Origin: Nitratidesulfovibrio vulgaris str. Hildenborough
Lineage (GTDB): Bacteria > Desulfobacterota > Desulfovibrionia > Desulfovibrionales > Desulfovibrionaceae
Length of the DNA: 32,000 nucleotides
Reading direction: 5' to 3'
Assembly (NCBI RefSeq): GCF_000195755.1
Contig: NC_002937.3
Span: 1,680,001-1,712,000, forward strand
Both the position numbers and the translations under genes were made by a program. Shown one piece after another: positions 14,019 to 23,254 of this stretch (positions within the stretch are counted from its first letter, which is position 1; each line of letters opens with the position of its first letter). Under the pieces are notes generated by a model. The model worked only from the letters and a program-made list of their open reading frames with translations, had not been told where the DNA came from and made no database searches.

Positions 14019-15698
14019 GTGAAGGTAGCACTTCTGCAGATAGACACGGTCGTCGGCGACATCGTGGGCAATGCAGCCCGCATCGCCGACGCCGTGCGTG
14101 AGGCGGCCTCTCTGGGGGCCCGCCTGTGTGTCACGCCCGAACTCGCCCTGTGCGGCTATCCGCCGCGCGACCTTCTGTTGCAGGACGATTTCGTTCCCGC
14201 CTGTCGCAAGGCCCTCGAAGCCCTTGCCCAGCAACTGCGAGACCTGCCCCCCGTGCTGGTCGGGGCACCCGTCCCCAATCCTTCGCCCGTGGGCAACCCC
14301 ATCCATAATTGCGCGGTCCTTCTGCGTGAGGGAAAGGTGACGGTTGCCACCCGCAAGGTGTTGCTGCCCAACTACGATGTGTTCGATGAACGGCGGTATT
14401 TCGAGTCGGGCGTGGGGTGCGGGGTCGTCACCATCGATGGCTGGCGGTTCGGGGTGACCATCTGTGAAGATGTCTGGAACGACAAGACGTTCTGGCAGGA
14501 GCACCGACATTACGAGAACGACCCCGTCGCCGACCTCATGGCGGGCGGGGCAGACGCCATCCTCAACCTTTCGGCCTCGCCGTTCACGCTGGGCAAGCAG
14601 GCGGTGCGTGAGCGGATGCTCTCGCGGGTGGCCTTCCGCTACCGGGTCTCGGTGCTGTACGCCAACCAGGTGGGCGGCAACGACGACCTCGTCTTCGCGG
14701 GCAAGAGCATCGCCTTCGACGCCACCGGGACGCTTATCGCGCGCGGACGCTCTTTCGCGGAGGACATCGTGATGGTCGATGTGGCACAGGCCACAGGAAC
14801 CATCACCGCTGAACCTACGTCCGATGAAGAGCAGGTCTGGAAGGCACTGGTGCTGGGCACACGCGACTACGCCCGCAAATGCGGGTTCGACGGGGCCGTG
14901 CTGGGGCTCTCGGGCGGCATCGACTCGGCCCTTGTGGCTGCCGTCGCGGCGGAGGCGCTAGGGCCGGACAAGGTCCTCGGGGTGCTCATGCCGTCGCCGC
15001 ACTCCAGCGAGGGAAGCGTGACAGATGCCCTTGCGCTGGCCTCTTCTCTGGGCATCGCAACGTGCACCATCCCCATCGGCGACCTGATGCACGGGTTCGA
15101 AGCGGCCCTTGCACAGGCCTTCGCGGGGCGTGAGGCTGACGTGACGGAGGAGAACATCCAGTCGCGCATCCGGGGCAACCTGTTGATGGCCCTCTCCAAC
15201 AAGCAGCGAAGGCTGCTGCTCACCACGGGCAACAAGTCGGAACTTGCAGTGGGGTACTGCACCATCTACGGCGACATGGCGGGAGGGCTTGCCGTCATCG
15301 CCGACCTGCCGAAGACCCTCGTCTATCGCGTGGCGCACTGGCTCAACGAACGTGACACGTCTCACGGGCACGAGGGGCGTGAAGCCCGCGAGACCATACC
15401 CTCTGCCATCCTGACCAAGGAACCTTCGGCCGAACTGAGGCCCGGACAGCGCGACAGCGATTCGTTGCCACCTTATGATGTCCTTGATGGCATTCTCGAA
15501 CGGCTTGTCGAATTGCGACGTAGTGCGGCGGATATCGTGGCCGAAGGCTACGATGTGGAGACCGTACGCAAGGTCTTGAGGCTGGTCTGCAATGCCGAGT
15601 TCAAGAGACGTCAGGCCCCGCCCGGACTGAAGGTCACGGACAGGGCTTTCGGCACCGGGTGGCGTATGCCGGTGGCGGCGCGCGTCAACCTCGGGTGA
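14019..15698 (+). CDS. nadE: Glutamine-dependent NAD+ synthetase (CN-hydrolase domain plus NAD synthetase domain)
   Basis: N-terminal nitrilase-type domain (TPELALCGYP, ICEDVWN) and C-terminal PP-loop LGLSGGIDS. GTG 14019 immediately follows the dapB TAG. Confidence 0.9.
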   Translation: MKVALLQIDTVVGDIVGNAARIADAVREAASLGARLCVTPELALCGYPPRDLLLQDDFVPACRKALEALAQQLRDLPPVLVGAPVPNPSPVGNPIHNCAVLLREGKVTVATRKVLLPNYDVFDERRYFESGVGCGVVTIDGWRFGVTICEDVWNDKTFWQEHRHYENDPVADLMAGGADAILNLSASPFTLGKQAVRERMLSRVAFRYRVSVLYANQVGGNDDLVFAGKSIAFDATGTLIARGRSFAEDIVMVDVAQATGTITAEPTSDEEQVWKALVLGTRDYARKCGFDGAVLGLSGGIDSALVAAVAAEALGPDKVLGVLMPSPHSSEGSVTDALALASSLGIATCTIPIGDLMHGFEAALAQAFAGREADVTEENIQSRIRGNLLMALSNKQRRLLLTTGNKSELAVGYCTIYGDMAGGLAVIADLPKTLVYRVAHWLNERDTSHGHEGREARETIPSAILTKEPSAELRPGQRDSDSLPPYDVLDGILERLVELRRSAADIVAEGYDVETVRKVLRLVCNAEFKRRQAPPGLKVTDRAFGTGWRMPVAARVNLG

Positions 15699-15781
15699 CG
15701 CCATAGGCTGACACGTGCGGCTGATGCCCGCTACGGCGGGAGTGTGGCTGGCATGATACTGAAATGACATGACTGAAATGA

Positions 15782-15814
15782 AGAGGGTCGGGCATCGATG
15801 ATGCCCGACCCTCT
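15782..15814. terminator. Bidirectional terminator hairpin between convergent nadE and the Mo-pterin oxidoreductase gene
   Basis: Perfect 15-bp stem AGAGGGTCGGGCATC / GATGCCCGACCCTCT with a 3-nt loop. The flank is A/T-rich on the side that becomes a U-rich tail for the minus-strand transcript. Confidence 0.75.
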
Positions 15815-15874
15815 AGCGTCTGTCAGAGTCGCGTCTGCCATAAACGGTCATGCGAAATGGCTGGAGAAGAAGTC

Positions 15875-17803
15875 TCAGTCCATCTTCTCAAGACGTACCG
15901 TCTGGCTGTAGTAGGCAGCCCCTTCGCCGACATCGGTCAGGCGTGCGCCGATGAGCACGTTGGGGCACCACCCCGTTGCCAGCCAGCCTCCGCGCCCCAT
16001 CATCACGGCATCCGGGTGCAGTCCCGGTAGCGTCTCCACGCGGACGGGCATCTCACCGTAGGGGGACACGAGTCGCGCAGGGCGCGTGATGTCGAGGTGC
16101 GCAAGGGTCGTGCAGTCAGGCGCCACATGCACTGTTGGCTGGCCCTGCTGCGCGTCTTCCGGCATCTGCGAATGGAGATGCGTGGCACGCACGACAGTCA
16201 GAAGGTAGAGGGGGTACTCTTGAGTGAGTGCTGGTTCGGGCGAAAGCCTGTCGACGAGATGGAACTTACCGTCATCGTGGGCGAAACGCATTCCCTCATA
16301 GGCGACCTGCGGGCGGTCGGCGGTGGAGAAACCCCGTTCGCGCAATTCTTCAAGTGACACTTCAAGGTTCGGGGTGTCGATGGCGCGCCGGAGGATGTCT
16401 TCACGAGGCGGAAGCGCAACGGGGGAGGACAGGCGTGCCCCGAGGTCGCGGATGATGTCGAAATCCTCGCGGGCTGCCCCCGGCGGAGGAAAGATGGCGG
16501 CGGCATACTGTACATTGTCGTGTTGATATGAGCCGAGGATGTCCTCGCGCTCAAGCAGCAGGGCGCATGGCAGCACCACGTCGGCGCGGCGTGCCGTATC
16601 GGTGAGGAATGCATCGACGACGACCTTGAAGCCGCATCGTTCGAAAGCCTTGGCGGCACGGGTCGCCTCAGGTATCTGATTGACCACGTTGGAACCGTCC
16701 ACCCACACGAAGTCCACTGGCGGGTCGGCCTGTTCAAGTTCATGCGCCAGAAGCGGCAGGCACAGCGTGCGCGCGGGCGTCCCGGCTTCCTTTCCCCAGC
16801 GGGCGTCGATGTTGCGGCTGGACGAGATGCCATAGTACACGCCGCCGCCCGCATGGCCGACGTTGCCGCTGAGCATGGCAAGCGCATCGACCCAGCGGAC
16901 GTTCTCGCCGCCAGCCACATGGCGTTGCATCCCCCAGCCGAGGAGGGTCGCTGTGCGCCCGCCGTTGCTGCGGAACCATCGTAGCAGGAGTTCGAGGTCG
17001 GTTGGGCGGGCGTCGCACGTATGCAAAAGGTCGCTTTCTTCGTGAGCAAGAAGCAGGGCGCGCAGGTGTTCGAACCCGGTGCAGGCGGCAATCACGGGCG
17101 GCGGTATGTCTCCGGCTATGACCATGCGCCGCAGGGCTGCTGCGGCAAGGAACCTGTCCGTACCCGGACGGATGCGTATGCGGGCATCGGTGAATGCGTC
17201 GTTGGCGTCGCCGCCCGGAGAGATGGTCAGCACCGGGATGCCCGCCTTGCGGCGTTCGCGCACGATGAGTGAAAGATGGTGCGACGAGCGCGTGAGGTCT
17301 TTCCCCCAGTTCACGATGGCGGAAGCATTGGCAAGGTCGGCTGGCGCGTGCTGGTCGTTGTCGCCAAAATCCAGTTCAGAGGCGGCAAGCCCTGCCTCGT
17401 CGCAGAGGGAACCCCGGGTGGCGCTCGCCCCCAGCGAACGGAAGAGATAGCGACTGGCTTCGGCCAGTGCCCCCCTGAAGCCGAACCCGCGGATATGCAG
17501 GATGCGCTCGGGCATGTCGCGGAGGGCGTCGATACGTGTGGCGCAGAGGCCGAGAGCTTCGTCCCAGCTTGCAGGGCGTAACGCATCGCCCTGCCTGACG
17601 AGGGGAGTGGTCACCCTGTCGGGCGCGTGCAGCCTTTCGAACATGCGCCGCCCCTTGCGACAGATGCTCCCCTGCGTGAACGGGTGGTCGGGGTTGCCGC
17701 TCACATGGGGCTTGCCTTCGGCATCCGTCGTCACGACGAGTGAGCAGCACCCCGGACAGTCGAGCGTGCAAGCCCCGATGGCGCGGAGTGGATGAGCTGC
17801 CAT
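15875..17803 (-). CDS. Molybdopterin (Mo/W-bis-PGD) oxidoreductase family protein, cytoplasmic, substrate unknown
   Basis: 642 aa with SD AGGAGA 5 nt before ATG 17803. N-terminal Fe-S cysteine cluster ACTLDCPGCCS...x27...C, then MopB-type body and a C-terminal MopB_CT-like region. No twin-arginine signal. Confidence 0.85.
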   Translation of the reverse strand: MAAHPLRAIGACTLDCPGCCSLVVTTDAEGKPHVSGNPDHPFTQGSICRKGRRMFERLHAPDRVTTPLVRQGDALRPASWDEALGLCATRIDALRDMPERILHIRGFGFRGALAEASRYLFRSLGASATRGSLCDEAGLAASELDFGDNDQHAPADLANASAIVNWGKDLTRSSHHLSLIVRERRKAGIPVLTISPGGDANDAFTDARIRIRPGTDRFLAAAALRRMVIAGDIPPPVIAACTGFEHLRALLLAHEESDLLHTCDARPTDLELLLRWFRSNGGRTATLLGWGMQRHVAGGENVRWVDALAMLSGNVGHAGGGVYYGISSSRNIDARWGKEAGTPARTLCLPLLAHELEQADPPVDFVWVDGSNVVNQIPEATRAAKAFERCGFKVVVDAFLTDTARRADVVLPCALLLEREDILGSYQHDNVQYAAAIFPPPGAAREDFDIIRDLGARLSSPVALPPREDILRRAIDTPNLEVSLEELRERGFSTADRPQVAYEGMRFAHDDGKFHLVDRLSPEPALTQEYPLYLLTVVRATHLHSQMPEDAQQGQPTVHVAPDCTTLAHLDITRPARLVSPYGEMPVRVETLPGLHPDAVMMGRGGWLATGWCPNVLIGARLTDVGEGAAYYSQTVRLEKMD

Positions 17804-18046
17804 TGGCGTCTCCTGATTTTATGGCAAGGCCGTATGTGATGAGGCCGGTTTCCGGCTTTTCAGGAATCTTCAGGTGGTTGGCACGTCTTTCGGCGAACCT
17901 GTGTCATGCTCCAAATCCCGTTCCGGGATTTGCGCCACCAGCGGCGTCATAGTCGCCGGGTGGAAAGGCACGGCATACGGTCACTGACGGCAGGGGTGAA
18001 CCCTGCCTGCTCCCTTTGCCGGACTTTCCGCCATGGGCGGAAAGCT

Positions 18047-18072
18047 TCAAAGGCCGGTTGCCCGGCCTTTGA
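18047..18072 (-). terminator. Terminator hairpin after the ACT-domain gene
   Basis: 11-bp stem TCAAAGGCCGG / CCGGCCTTTGA with a 4-nt loop, 12 nt past the stop at 18084. A second 9-bp hairpin at 18024-18044 follows directly. Confidence 0.65.
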
Positions 18073-18083
18073 TTTGCACACGC

Positions 18084-18515
18084 CTAGCCTGCGTAGAGTT
18101 TTTCGCCCGGTACGATGGGAATGCCGTTCTGCTGCAGCACTTCGATGGCCTGTTCTGTCCGGTCGAAGCGGAAGATGAGCAGCGCGTTGCTGCCACCCGG
18201 CTGGACGTAGGCGTACATGTACTCGACATTCACGCCCTGCCCGCTGAGGGTCTGGAGGATGCCGTGCAGCCCGCCGGGATGGTCGGGCACCTCGACGGCG
18301 ACGACGTTGGTGCGGCCCACGGTGAAGCCCTTGTCCTTGAGGACGGACTTGGCCTTTTCATGGTCGTTGACGATGAGGCGCAAGATGCCGAAGTCGGAGG
18401 TGTCGGCAAGCGAGAGGGCACGGATGTTTATGCCGGCTTCTGCCAGTGTTCCGGTGACTTCGGCGAGGCGACCCGCCTTGTTTTCGAGAAAAACGGATAT
18501 CTGTTCCACTTTCAT
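18084..18515 (-). CDS. Tandem ACT-domain protein
   Basis: Begins [39 protein letters not shown], with a second ACT repeat [35 protein letters not shown] 18515 is preceded by AAGGA. The 27-codon upstream extension in the track has no support. 143 aa. Confidence 0.85.
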   Translation of the reverse strand: MKVEQISVFLENKAGRLAEVTGTLAEAGINIRALSLADTSDFGILRLIVNDHEKAKSVLKDKGFTVGRTNVVAVEVPDHPGGLHGILQTLSGQGVNVEYMYAYVQPGGSNALLIFRFDRTEQAIEVLQQNGIPIVPGEKLYAG

Positions 18516-18736
18516 GGGCCGGTCCTTGTGCTTGAGGTCTCGCGGGATAAGCCCCTCTGGGCATCTGTGAACTGATAGCATCCGCCCGTAGTGCATGACA
18601 AGCGTCCCGAGGTCGCCCGCAGGGCCCTTGCGCCTGTTTACAGACTCAAGGCCGGAAGCTATAGGGAGTAGGGCTGTGGCGTCACGGCCCTACGTTCGAT
18701 CACGCTCCGGACGGAGCATCCATCAGGAAGCATCGC

Positions 18737-19795
18737 ATGTCCAACGCCATGAATTTCGCCTTCATGCGGGCCGAGCCCCTGCCGCCCAACGGACGCAAGG
18801 TCGCCATCATAGGCGCGGGGCCTTCGGGACTCGCAGCCACGGGCTACCTCGCGTGCATGGGGTATCAGGTCGAGGTGTACGACAAGCTGCCCGGCGCGGG
18901 GGGGCTCATGGTCTTCGGTATTCCGGGCCATCGCATTCCCGCCGACCGTATCCAGCGAGGCGTGCATATCCTCGAACGGCAGTACGGCACCATTTTCCAT
19001 ACCCGCACCAAGATATGTTGCAGTGCCCCGCTGCATGAAGAAGAGGGCGACCACTTCTCGTGCGACATCAGGGGGCTTGGCGAGCTGGTCGAAGGGTATG
19101 ATGCCGTGATGATCTGCACCGGCTCATGGAAGTCGCGCAAACTCGGCATCCCCGGCGAAGCGCTTCCCGGCGTCTATTCGGGGCTTGAGTTCCTGTTCCC
19201 CATCCGTGCCGTCAGATACGCCACCACCAACGTCAGCCTGCCCGATGTGGCGGGCCGCATCGTCGCCGTGGTCGGGGCGGGGCATTCCGCTGTCGACGTC
19301 GTGCACAGTGCCCATGCCCTGGGGGCTGAGAAGGTCTATATGGTCTACCGTCGCACCCGGCGCGAAGCCCCCTGCGGCAGCTTCGAGATAGACCGCATCG
19401 AGGAGGCAGGTGGTACATGGCTTGAGCGCTGTACCCCGACCGGCATCGTCGGTGATGGAAAGGTCGAAGGGCTCGAACTTCGCGACAGTGAAACCGGCGA
19501 GACCTCCGTATTGCCTGTGGACGTCGTCGTCACAGCCATCGGCGAGATTCCCACGCCGCCCTTCCAGAAGGAACTGGGCCTTGAGAACGTCCGCAAGGGC
19601 GAAGTGCGCTGGCTGCACATGACCAGCATCGAGAACGTGTTCGTGGCAGGCGACGTCCTCACCGGGCCGAGCAAGATAGGCAAGGCCGTCTACAGCGGGC
19701 TGCGCGCCGCGCGTTCGCTGGCAAACTGGCTCGACCTCAGGGCGCAGCACCGCGAGAGCGAATACAACTACGATGCGGACGTCATCCACCGCTGA
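18737..19795 (+). CDS. FAD/NAD(P)-dependent oxidoreductase, glutamate synthase small-subunit (GltD)-like, lacking the N-terminal Fe-S domain
   Basis: SD AGGAAG 6 nt upstream. Dinucleotide motifs IIGAGPSGLAA (FAD) and VVGAGHSAVD (NAD(P)H), plus GGLMVFGIPGHRIP as in GltD/SudA-type proteins. The protein starts directly at the FAD fold. Confidence 0.8.
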   Translation: MSNAMNFAFMRAEPLPPNGRKVAIIGAGPSGLAATGYLACMGYQVEVYDKLPGAGGLMVFGIPGHRIPADRIQRGVHILERQYGTIFHTRTKICCSAPLHEEEGDHFSCDIRGLGELVEGYDAVMICTGSWKSRKLGIPGEALPGVYSGLEFLFPIRAVRYATTNVSLPDVAGRIVAVVGAGHSAVDVVHSAHALGAEKVYMVYRRTRREAPCGSFEIDRIEEAGGTWLERCTPTGIVGDGKVEGLELRDSETGETSVLPVDVVVTAIGEIPTPPFQKELGLENVRKGEVRWLHMTSIENVFVAGDVLTGPSKIGKAVYSGLRAARSLANWLDLRAQHRESEYNYDADVIHR

Positions 19796-19808
19796 ACCGG
19801 AGACGCAG

Positions 19809-20339
19809 ATGGCCGACAACGCCGACAGGGGCAAGACCCTGTACATAGATTACAGCAAGTGCATCGGTTGCGAGACGTGCGAGGCCGTGTGCGCCTTTCT
19901 GTACGACGCGCCGCGCATCGTCATGATACGTACCGTGGACGGGTTGATGGCGCCTCTCTATTGCAAGCACTGTGAACAGGCCCACTGCATGAAGGTGTGC
20001 GCCCGTGGCGCCCTCATGCGTGACCGTGACGGGGCCGTGGTGCTGCAGCCCATGCTCTGCCGGGGCTGCGAATCGCGGAATTGCGTCCTCGCCTGTCCGT
20101 ATGCGGCGTTCTTCGCCACTGACCAGGGGGTGACCGTGCGCAAGTGCGACATGTGCGCCTCGCGCCGTGACGTGGGCCTCGGGCCCGCCTGTGCAGAGAT
20201 GTGTCCGTGCGGTGCCATCATGTATGTCGACCGCGAGATGATCGATACGCTTGAAACCGATGAAGCCCGTGCCGCCCGTGACCGTGTCATGGCGCATGTA
20301 AGGCCCCCCTCTCGCAAACGTGAACAGGGCGAAGGCTGA
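19809..20339 (+). CDS. Four-cluster [4Fe-4S] ferredoxin-like protein (DmsB/PsrB/HybA-type)
   Basis: GGAGA lies 5 nt before ATG 19809. Four Cys groups are present: CIGCETCEAVC, CKHCEQAHCMKVC, CRGCESRNCVLACP and CDMC...CAEMCPC. 176 aa, no signal peptide. Confidence 0.85.
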   Translation: MADNADRGKTLYIDYSKCIGCETCEAVCAFLYDAPRIVMIRTVDGLMAPLYCKHCEQAHCMKVCARGALMRDRDGAVVLQPMLCRGCESRNCVLACPYAAFFATDQGVTVRKCDMCASRRDVGLGPACAEMCPCGAIMYVDREMIDTLETDEARAARDRVMAHVRPPSRKREQGEG

Positions 20340-20375
20340 GCGGCATACGCAAGGCTTCGCTGGCATGGGATGACA

Positions 20376-20408
20376 GGGGGGAGGGCAGAGGCTCTTCCCC
20401 TTTTCCTT
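20376..20408 (+). terminator. Probable intrinsic terminator after the Fe-S protein gene
   Basis: Imperfect GC stem GGGGAGGGC-agag-GCTCTTCCCC (one bulge, one G-U pair) followed by TTTTCCTT. Confidence 0.55.
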
Positions 20409-20685
20409 GTCGGCTGCTTACGGTCGAGCCGCTTATGAGGCTGCTTGCGGAGACGGTGACAGGCAGGCGCTAGAGTTTACCCGAATGACCGGGATAGGCT
20501 CCTCCTCCGGTCGTCATGGTTTCGGGAACGACGGGCGGGCCTCCTGCCATCACGGACGTCCGCTGTTCGCCGATGGCGACTCCGGGACGCTGTGCGGTTC
20601 TCGGACTGCGTACGCTGAAGGCCGGAAGGGGGGCTCGACTTGCGAGGGCAGAGAGTGGCAGACATCCGATACCGCCAAGTCGGCC

Positions 20686-20725
20686 AATGAAAAGGGCCGG
20701 AAGAGCGGCATCGCTCCTCCGGCCC
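20686..20725 (-). terminator. Rho-independent terminator after the PaaK-like gene
   Basis: 14-bp stem with one mismatch (20694-20707 / 20712-20725) and loop GCAT. On the minus strand it is followed by CTTTTCATT. Confidence 0.75.
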
Positions 20726-20750
20726 CGTCAGGTCGGCGTTGGTGTTCGTG

Positions 20751-22058
20751 CTAGGGGTTGACCTCGCGCAGGTCGACCACCCGCTTGGCCTTTCCTTCAG
20801 AGCGCTGGATGGTGCGGGGCTCAACCAGACGCACCTTGGCAGTGACGCCGAGGAACTCCTTGATGGTCTTCTGGATGCGGGCTTCACGGCGTTGCAGGTT
20901 CTTGATGGCGTCGGAGAAGAAGTCGCCGGACACCTCGATCTGCACCTCGATGTTGTCGAGATTGCCATCGCGTGTGACCACGATCTGGTAGTGCGGTGAC
21001 GTGCCCTCGGCTTCGATGATGATAGCCTCTATCTGCTGCGGGAAGACGTTCACGCCGCGGATGATGAGCATGTCGTCGCTGCGGCCCGTGATGCGGCGCA
21101 TGCGCATGTGGGTGCGCCCGCAGGAACAGGGCGTGCGGTCGAGCGAGGTGATGTCGCGGGTGCGGTAGCGCACCAGCGGTATGCCTTCCTTGGTGAGGGT
21201 GGTGATGACAAGCTCGCCGGTCTCGCCGTAGGGCAGCTGTTCCCCGGTCACGGGGTCGATGATCTCGGGCAGGAAGTGGTCTTCGAAGATGTGCATGCCG
21301 CTCTTGGCGTCAGCGCATTCGATGGCGACGCCGGGGCCCATGATTTCGGAAAGACCGTAGATATTGACGGCGGAGATGCCGAGCTTCTGCTCTATCTCGG
21401 CGCGCATCTCCTCAGACCATGGTTCCGCGCCGAACACCCCGGCACGAAGCGGCAGTTCGCGCATGTCGATGCCCGCTTCAAGCGAGGCCTCGTGCAGATA
21501 CAGGGCGTAGGAGGGGGTGCAGCAGATGACGGTGGCACCGAAATCGCGAAGCAGTTGCACCTGCCGCTTGGTGCCGCCCCCGGAGACGGGAATGACAGTG
21601 GCGCCCAGTCTCTCTGCACCGTAGTGCGCTCCGAGGCCGCCCGTGAACAGGCCGTAACCATAGGCGTTATGGATGAGGTCGCGGCGTGAAACGCCCGCAG
21701 CCGCAAACGCGCGGGCCATCATCTCGGCCCAGTTGTCAAGGTCGCGCTTGGTGTAGCCCACAACCGTGGCCTTGCCCGTCGTGCCGCTGGAGGCGTGCAG
21801 CCGGACGATGTTCTCCTTCGGTACGGCGAACAGTCCATAAGGATAGTTGTTGCGCAGATCCTGCTTTTCGGTGAACGGTAGATACTTGAGGTCCGAGAGC
21901 TTGCGGATGTCGGCGGGCGAAATGCCCGCTTCGTCGAAGCGGCGGCGGTAGTGCGGCACGTTGGCGTAGACACGTTCGCACAGATTGCGGAGCCGCGTGA
22001 GCTGGAGCGCTTCAAGGTCCTCTCTCGGGAGGGTTTCTCGATCCACATCGAAAATCAT
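20751..22058 (-). CDS. paaK: Phenylacetate--CoA ligase-like adenylate-forming enzyme (PaaK family)
   Basis: 435 aa starting [24 protein letters not shown]. Contains [14 protein letters not shown] and the AMP motif SSGTTGK. GAGGAG lies before ATG 22058. The 61-codon upstream extension in the track is Arg/Gly-rich and unsupported. Confidence 0.88.
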   Translation of the reverse strand: MIFDVDRETLPREDLEALQLTRLRNLCERVYANVPHYRRRFDEAGISPADIRKLSDLKYLPFTEKQDLRNNYPYGLFAVPKENIVRLHASSGTTGKATVVGYTKRDLDNWAEMMARAFAAAGVSRRDLIHNAYGYGLFTGGLGAHYGAERLGATVIPVSGGGTKRQVQLLRDFGATVICCTPSYALYLHEASLEAGIDMRELPLRAGVFGAEPWSEEMRAEIEQKLGISAVNIYGLSEIMGPGVAIECADAKSGMHIFEDHFLPEIIDPVTGEQLPYGETGELVITTLTKEGIPLVRYRTRDITSLDRTPCSCGRTHMRMRRITGRSDDMLIIRGVNVFPQQIEAIIIEAEGTSPHYQIVVTRDGNLDNIEVQIEVSGDFFSDAIKNLQRREARIQKTIKEFLGVTAKVRLVEPRTIQRSEGKAKRVVDLREVNP

Positions 22059-22243
22059 AGCTCGGACTCCTCGAATTGGTTGCCGGAATGCCTTTGATGA
22101 ACCGCCTGTGAAAGCCCCTCGGACGGGGCGGCAGCAACCGCCAGTAGTGCCCCAATCATCCTGTCCGGTCAAGCGCACCCGCCCGTGTTTGCGGTGTGCG
22201 GGGTAATAGGGTACACCGCTCACGTCAGGAGGAGGGACCACGC

Positions 22244-22837
22244 ATGGACTACGGCTCTCTTGTCACCACGGCGCGCAGTTGCCGCCGTTTCGATGCGGCA
22301 AGGCCCATCCCCTTGTCGATCCTTGTCTGGCTTGTCGACCTGGCGCGAATCGCCCCCTGTGGCGCGAACAGGCAAGCGCTGCGCTATGTCGTCTGCAACG
22401 ACAGGACGCGCAACGACCGGGTCTTCGGCGCGTTGCGCTGGGCCGCCTACCTCACGGACTGGGACGGCCCCGCCGAGCCCGAACGGCCTGCGGGGTATGT
22501 AGGCATCCTCGCCCCGCGCGAGGGCGGCGCTGGCGTCAGGGTCGACCTCGGTATCGCGGCGCAGACCATCATGCTCGGCGCCGCTGCCCAGGGGCTCGGC
22601 TGCTGCATGATAGGGGCGTTCGACCGGGCCGTGGTCGAAGAGGCGCTCGAGGTGCCGCAGGACTATGAAGTGCAGCTCGTGCTCGCCATCGGTCACCCCG
22701 CCGAGCGTCGCGTGCTGGCCCCCCTCGGTGAAGACGAATCCATACGCTACTGGCGAGATGCCCAGGGCGTACACCATGTCCCCAAGCGGAGTCTCGACGA
22801 TGTGCTCGTCGGCCGCTTCGGCGACAGTAACGAATGA
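22244..22837 (+). CDS. Nitroreductase family protein
   Basis: AGGAGG lies before ATG 22244. The segment [39 protein letters not shown] is typical of the nitroreductase N-terminal FMN-binding region. 197 aa. Confidence 0.8.
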   Translation: MDYGSLVTTARSCRRFDAARPIPLSILVWLVDLARIAPCGANRQALRYVVCNDRTRNDRVFGALRWAAYLTDWDGPAEPERPAGYVGILAPREGGAGVRVDLGIAAQTIMLGAAAQGLGCCMIGAFDRAVVEEALEVPQDYEVQLVLAIGHPAERRVLAPLGEDESIRYWRDAQGVHHVPKRSLDDVLVGRFGDSNE

Positions 22838-22849
22838 TACGGAACAACG

Positions 22850-23254
22850 ATGCAGACCAAAGAGAAGAAATTCGTGACCCTGCCCACTGTGGACAAGGTC
22901 AAGGCCATCATCGGCTGGCTTGAAGAGAAGAAGGCGCGCGACATCGTGGCCTACGACCTCGCGGGGCAGAGCCCCTTCGCCGAGGCGCTCGTCATCGTCA
23001 CCGCCGGTTCGGTGCGGCATGGGCAGAGCCTCGCGGACCACATGCTCGCCATGTGCAACGAGAACAACTACGAATACCTGCGCATGGAAGGCTACCAGAC
23101 CGGGCAGTGGATTCTGGTCGACCTCAACGACATCATCGTCAACGTCTTCCAGCCCGAAACGCGCGGCCTGTTCAAGCTCGAAAGCCTGTGGGCCAAGGCC
23201 CCTGTGCTGCATGACGGGCGTGGCGAAGCCGCCGGAGGCGACGACGACCTATGA
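22850..23254 (+). CDS. rsfS: Ribosome silencing factor RsfS (iojap-like)
   Basis: 134 aa. LEEKKARDIVAYDL...FAEALVIVTAGSVRHGQSLAD...WILVDLNDIIVNVFQPETRGLFKLESLW is a classic RsfS sequence. Confidence 0.9.
   Translation: MQTKEKKFVTLPTVDKVKAIIGWLEEKKARDIVAYDLAGQSPFAEALVIVTAGSVRHGQSLADHMLAMCNENNYEYLRMEGYQTGQWILVDLNDIIVNVFQPETRGLFKLESLWAKAPVLHDGRGEAAGGDDDL

Noticed and set aside
15759-15781. Direct repeat ACTGAAATGA-CATG-ACTGAAATGA just before the nadE/MopB terminator
   Set aside because: It consists of two short 10-nt copies in an A/T-rich terminator flank. It most likely just provides the U-rich tail for the minus-strand terminator.
17804-18040. Moco/Wco riboswitch call for the MopB leader
   Set aside because: I could not match the conserved Moco-motif sequences by eye on either strand. 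It is kept only as a hypothesis to test, not as an annotated feature.
20407-20754. 115-aa plus-strand ORF in the Fe-S/paaK spacer
   Set aside because: It has a TTG start without an SD, is Gly/Ser/Arg-rich, and reads through the paaK terminator into the paaK 3' end.
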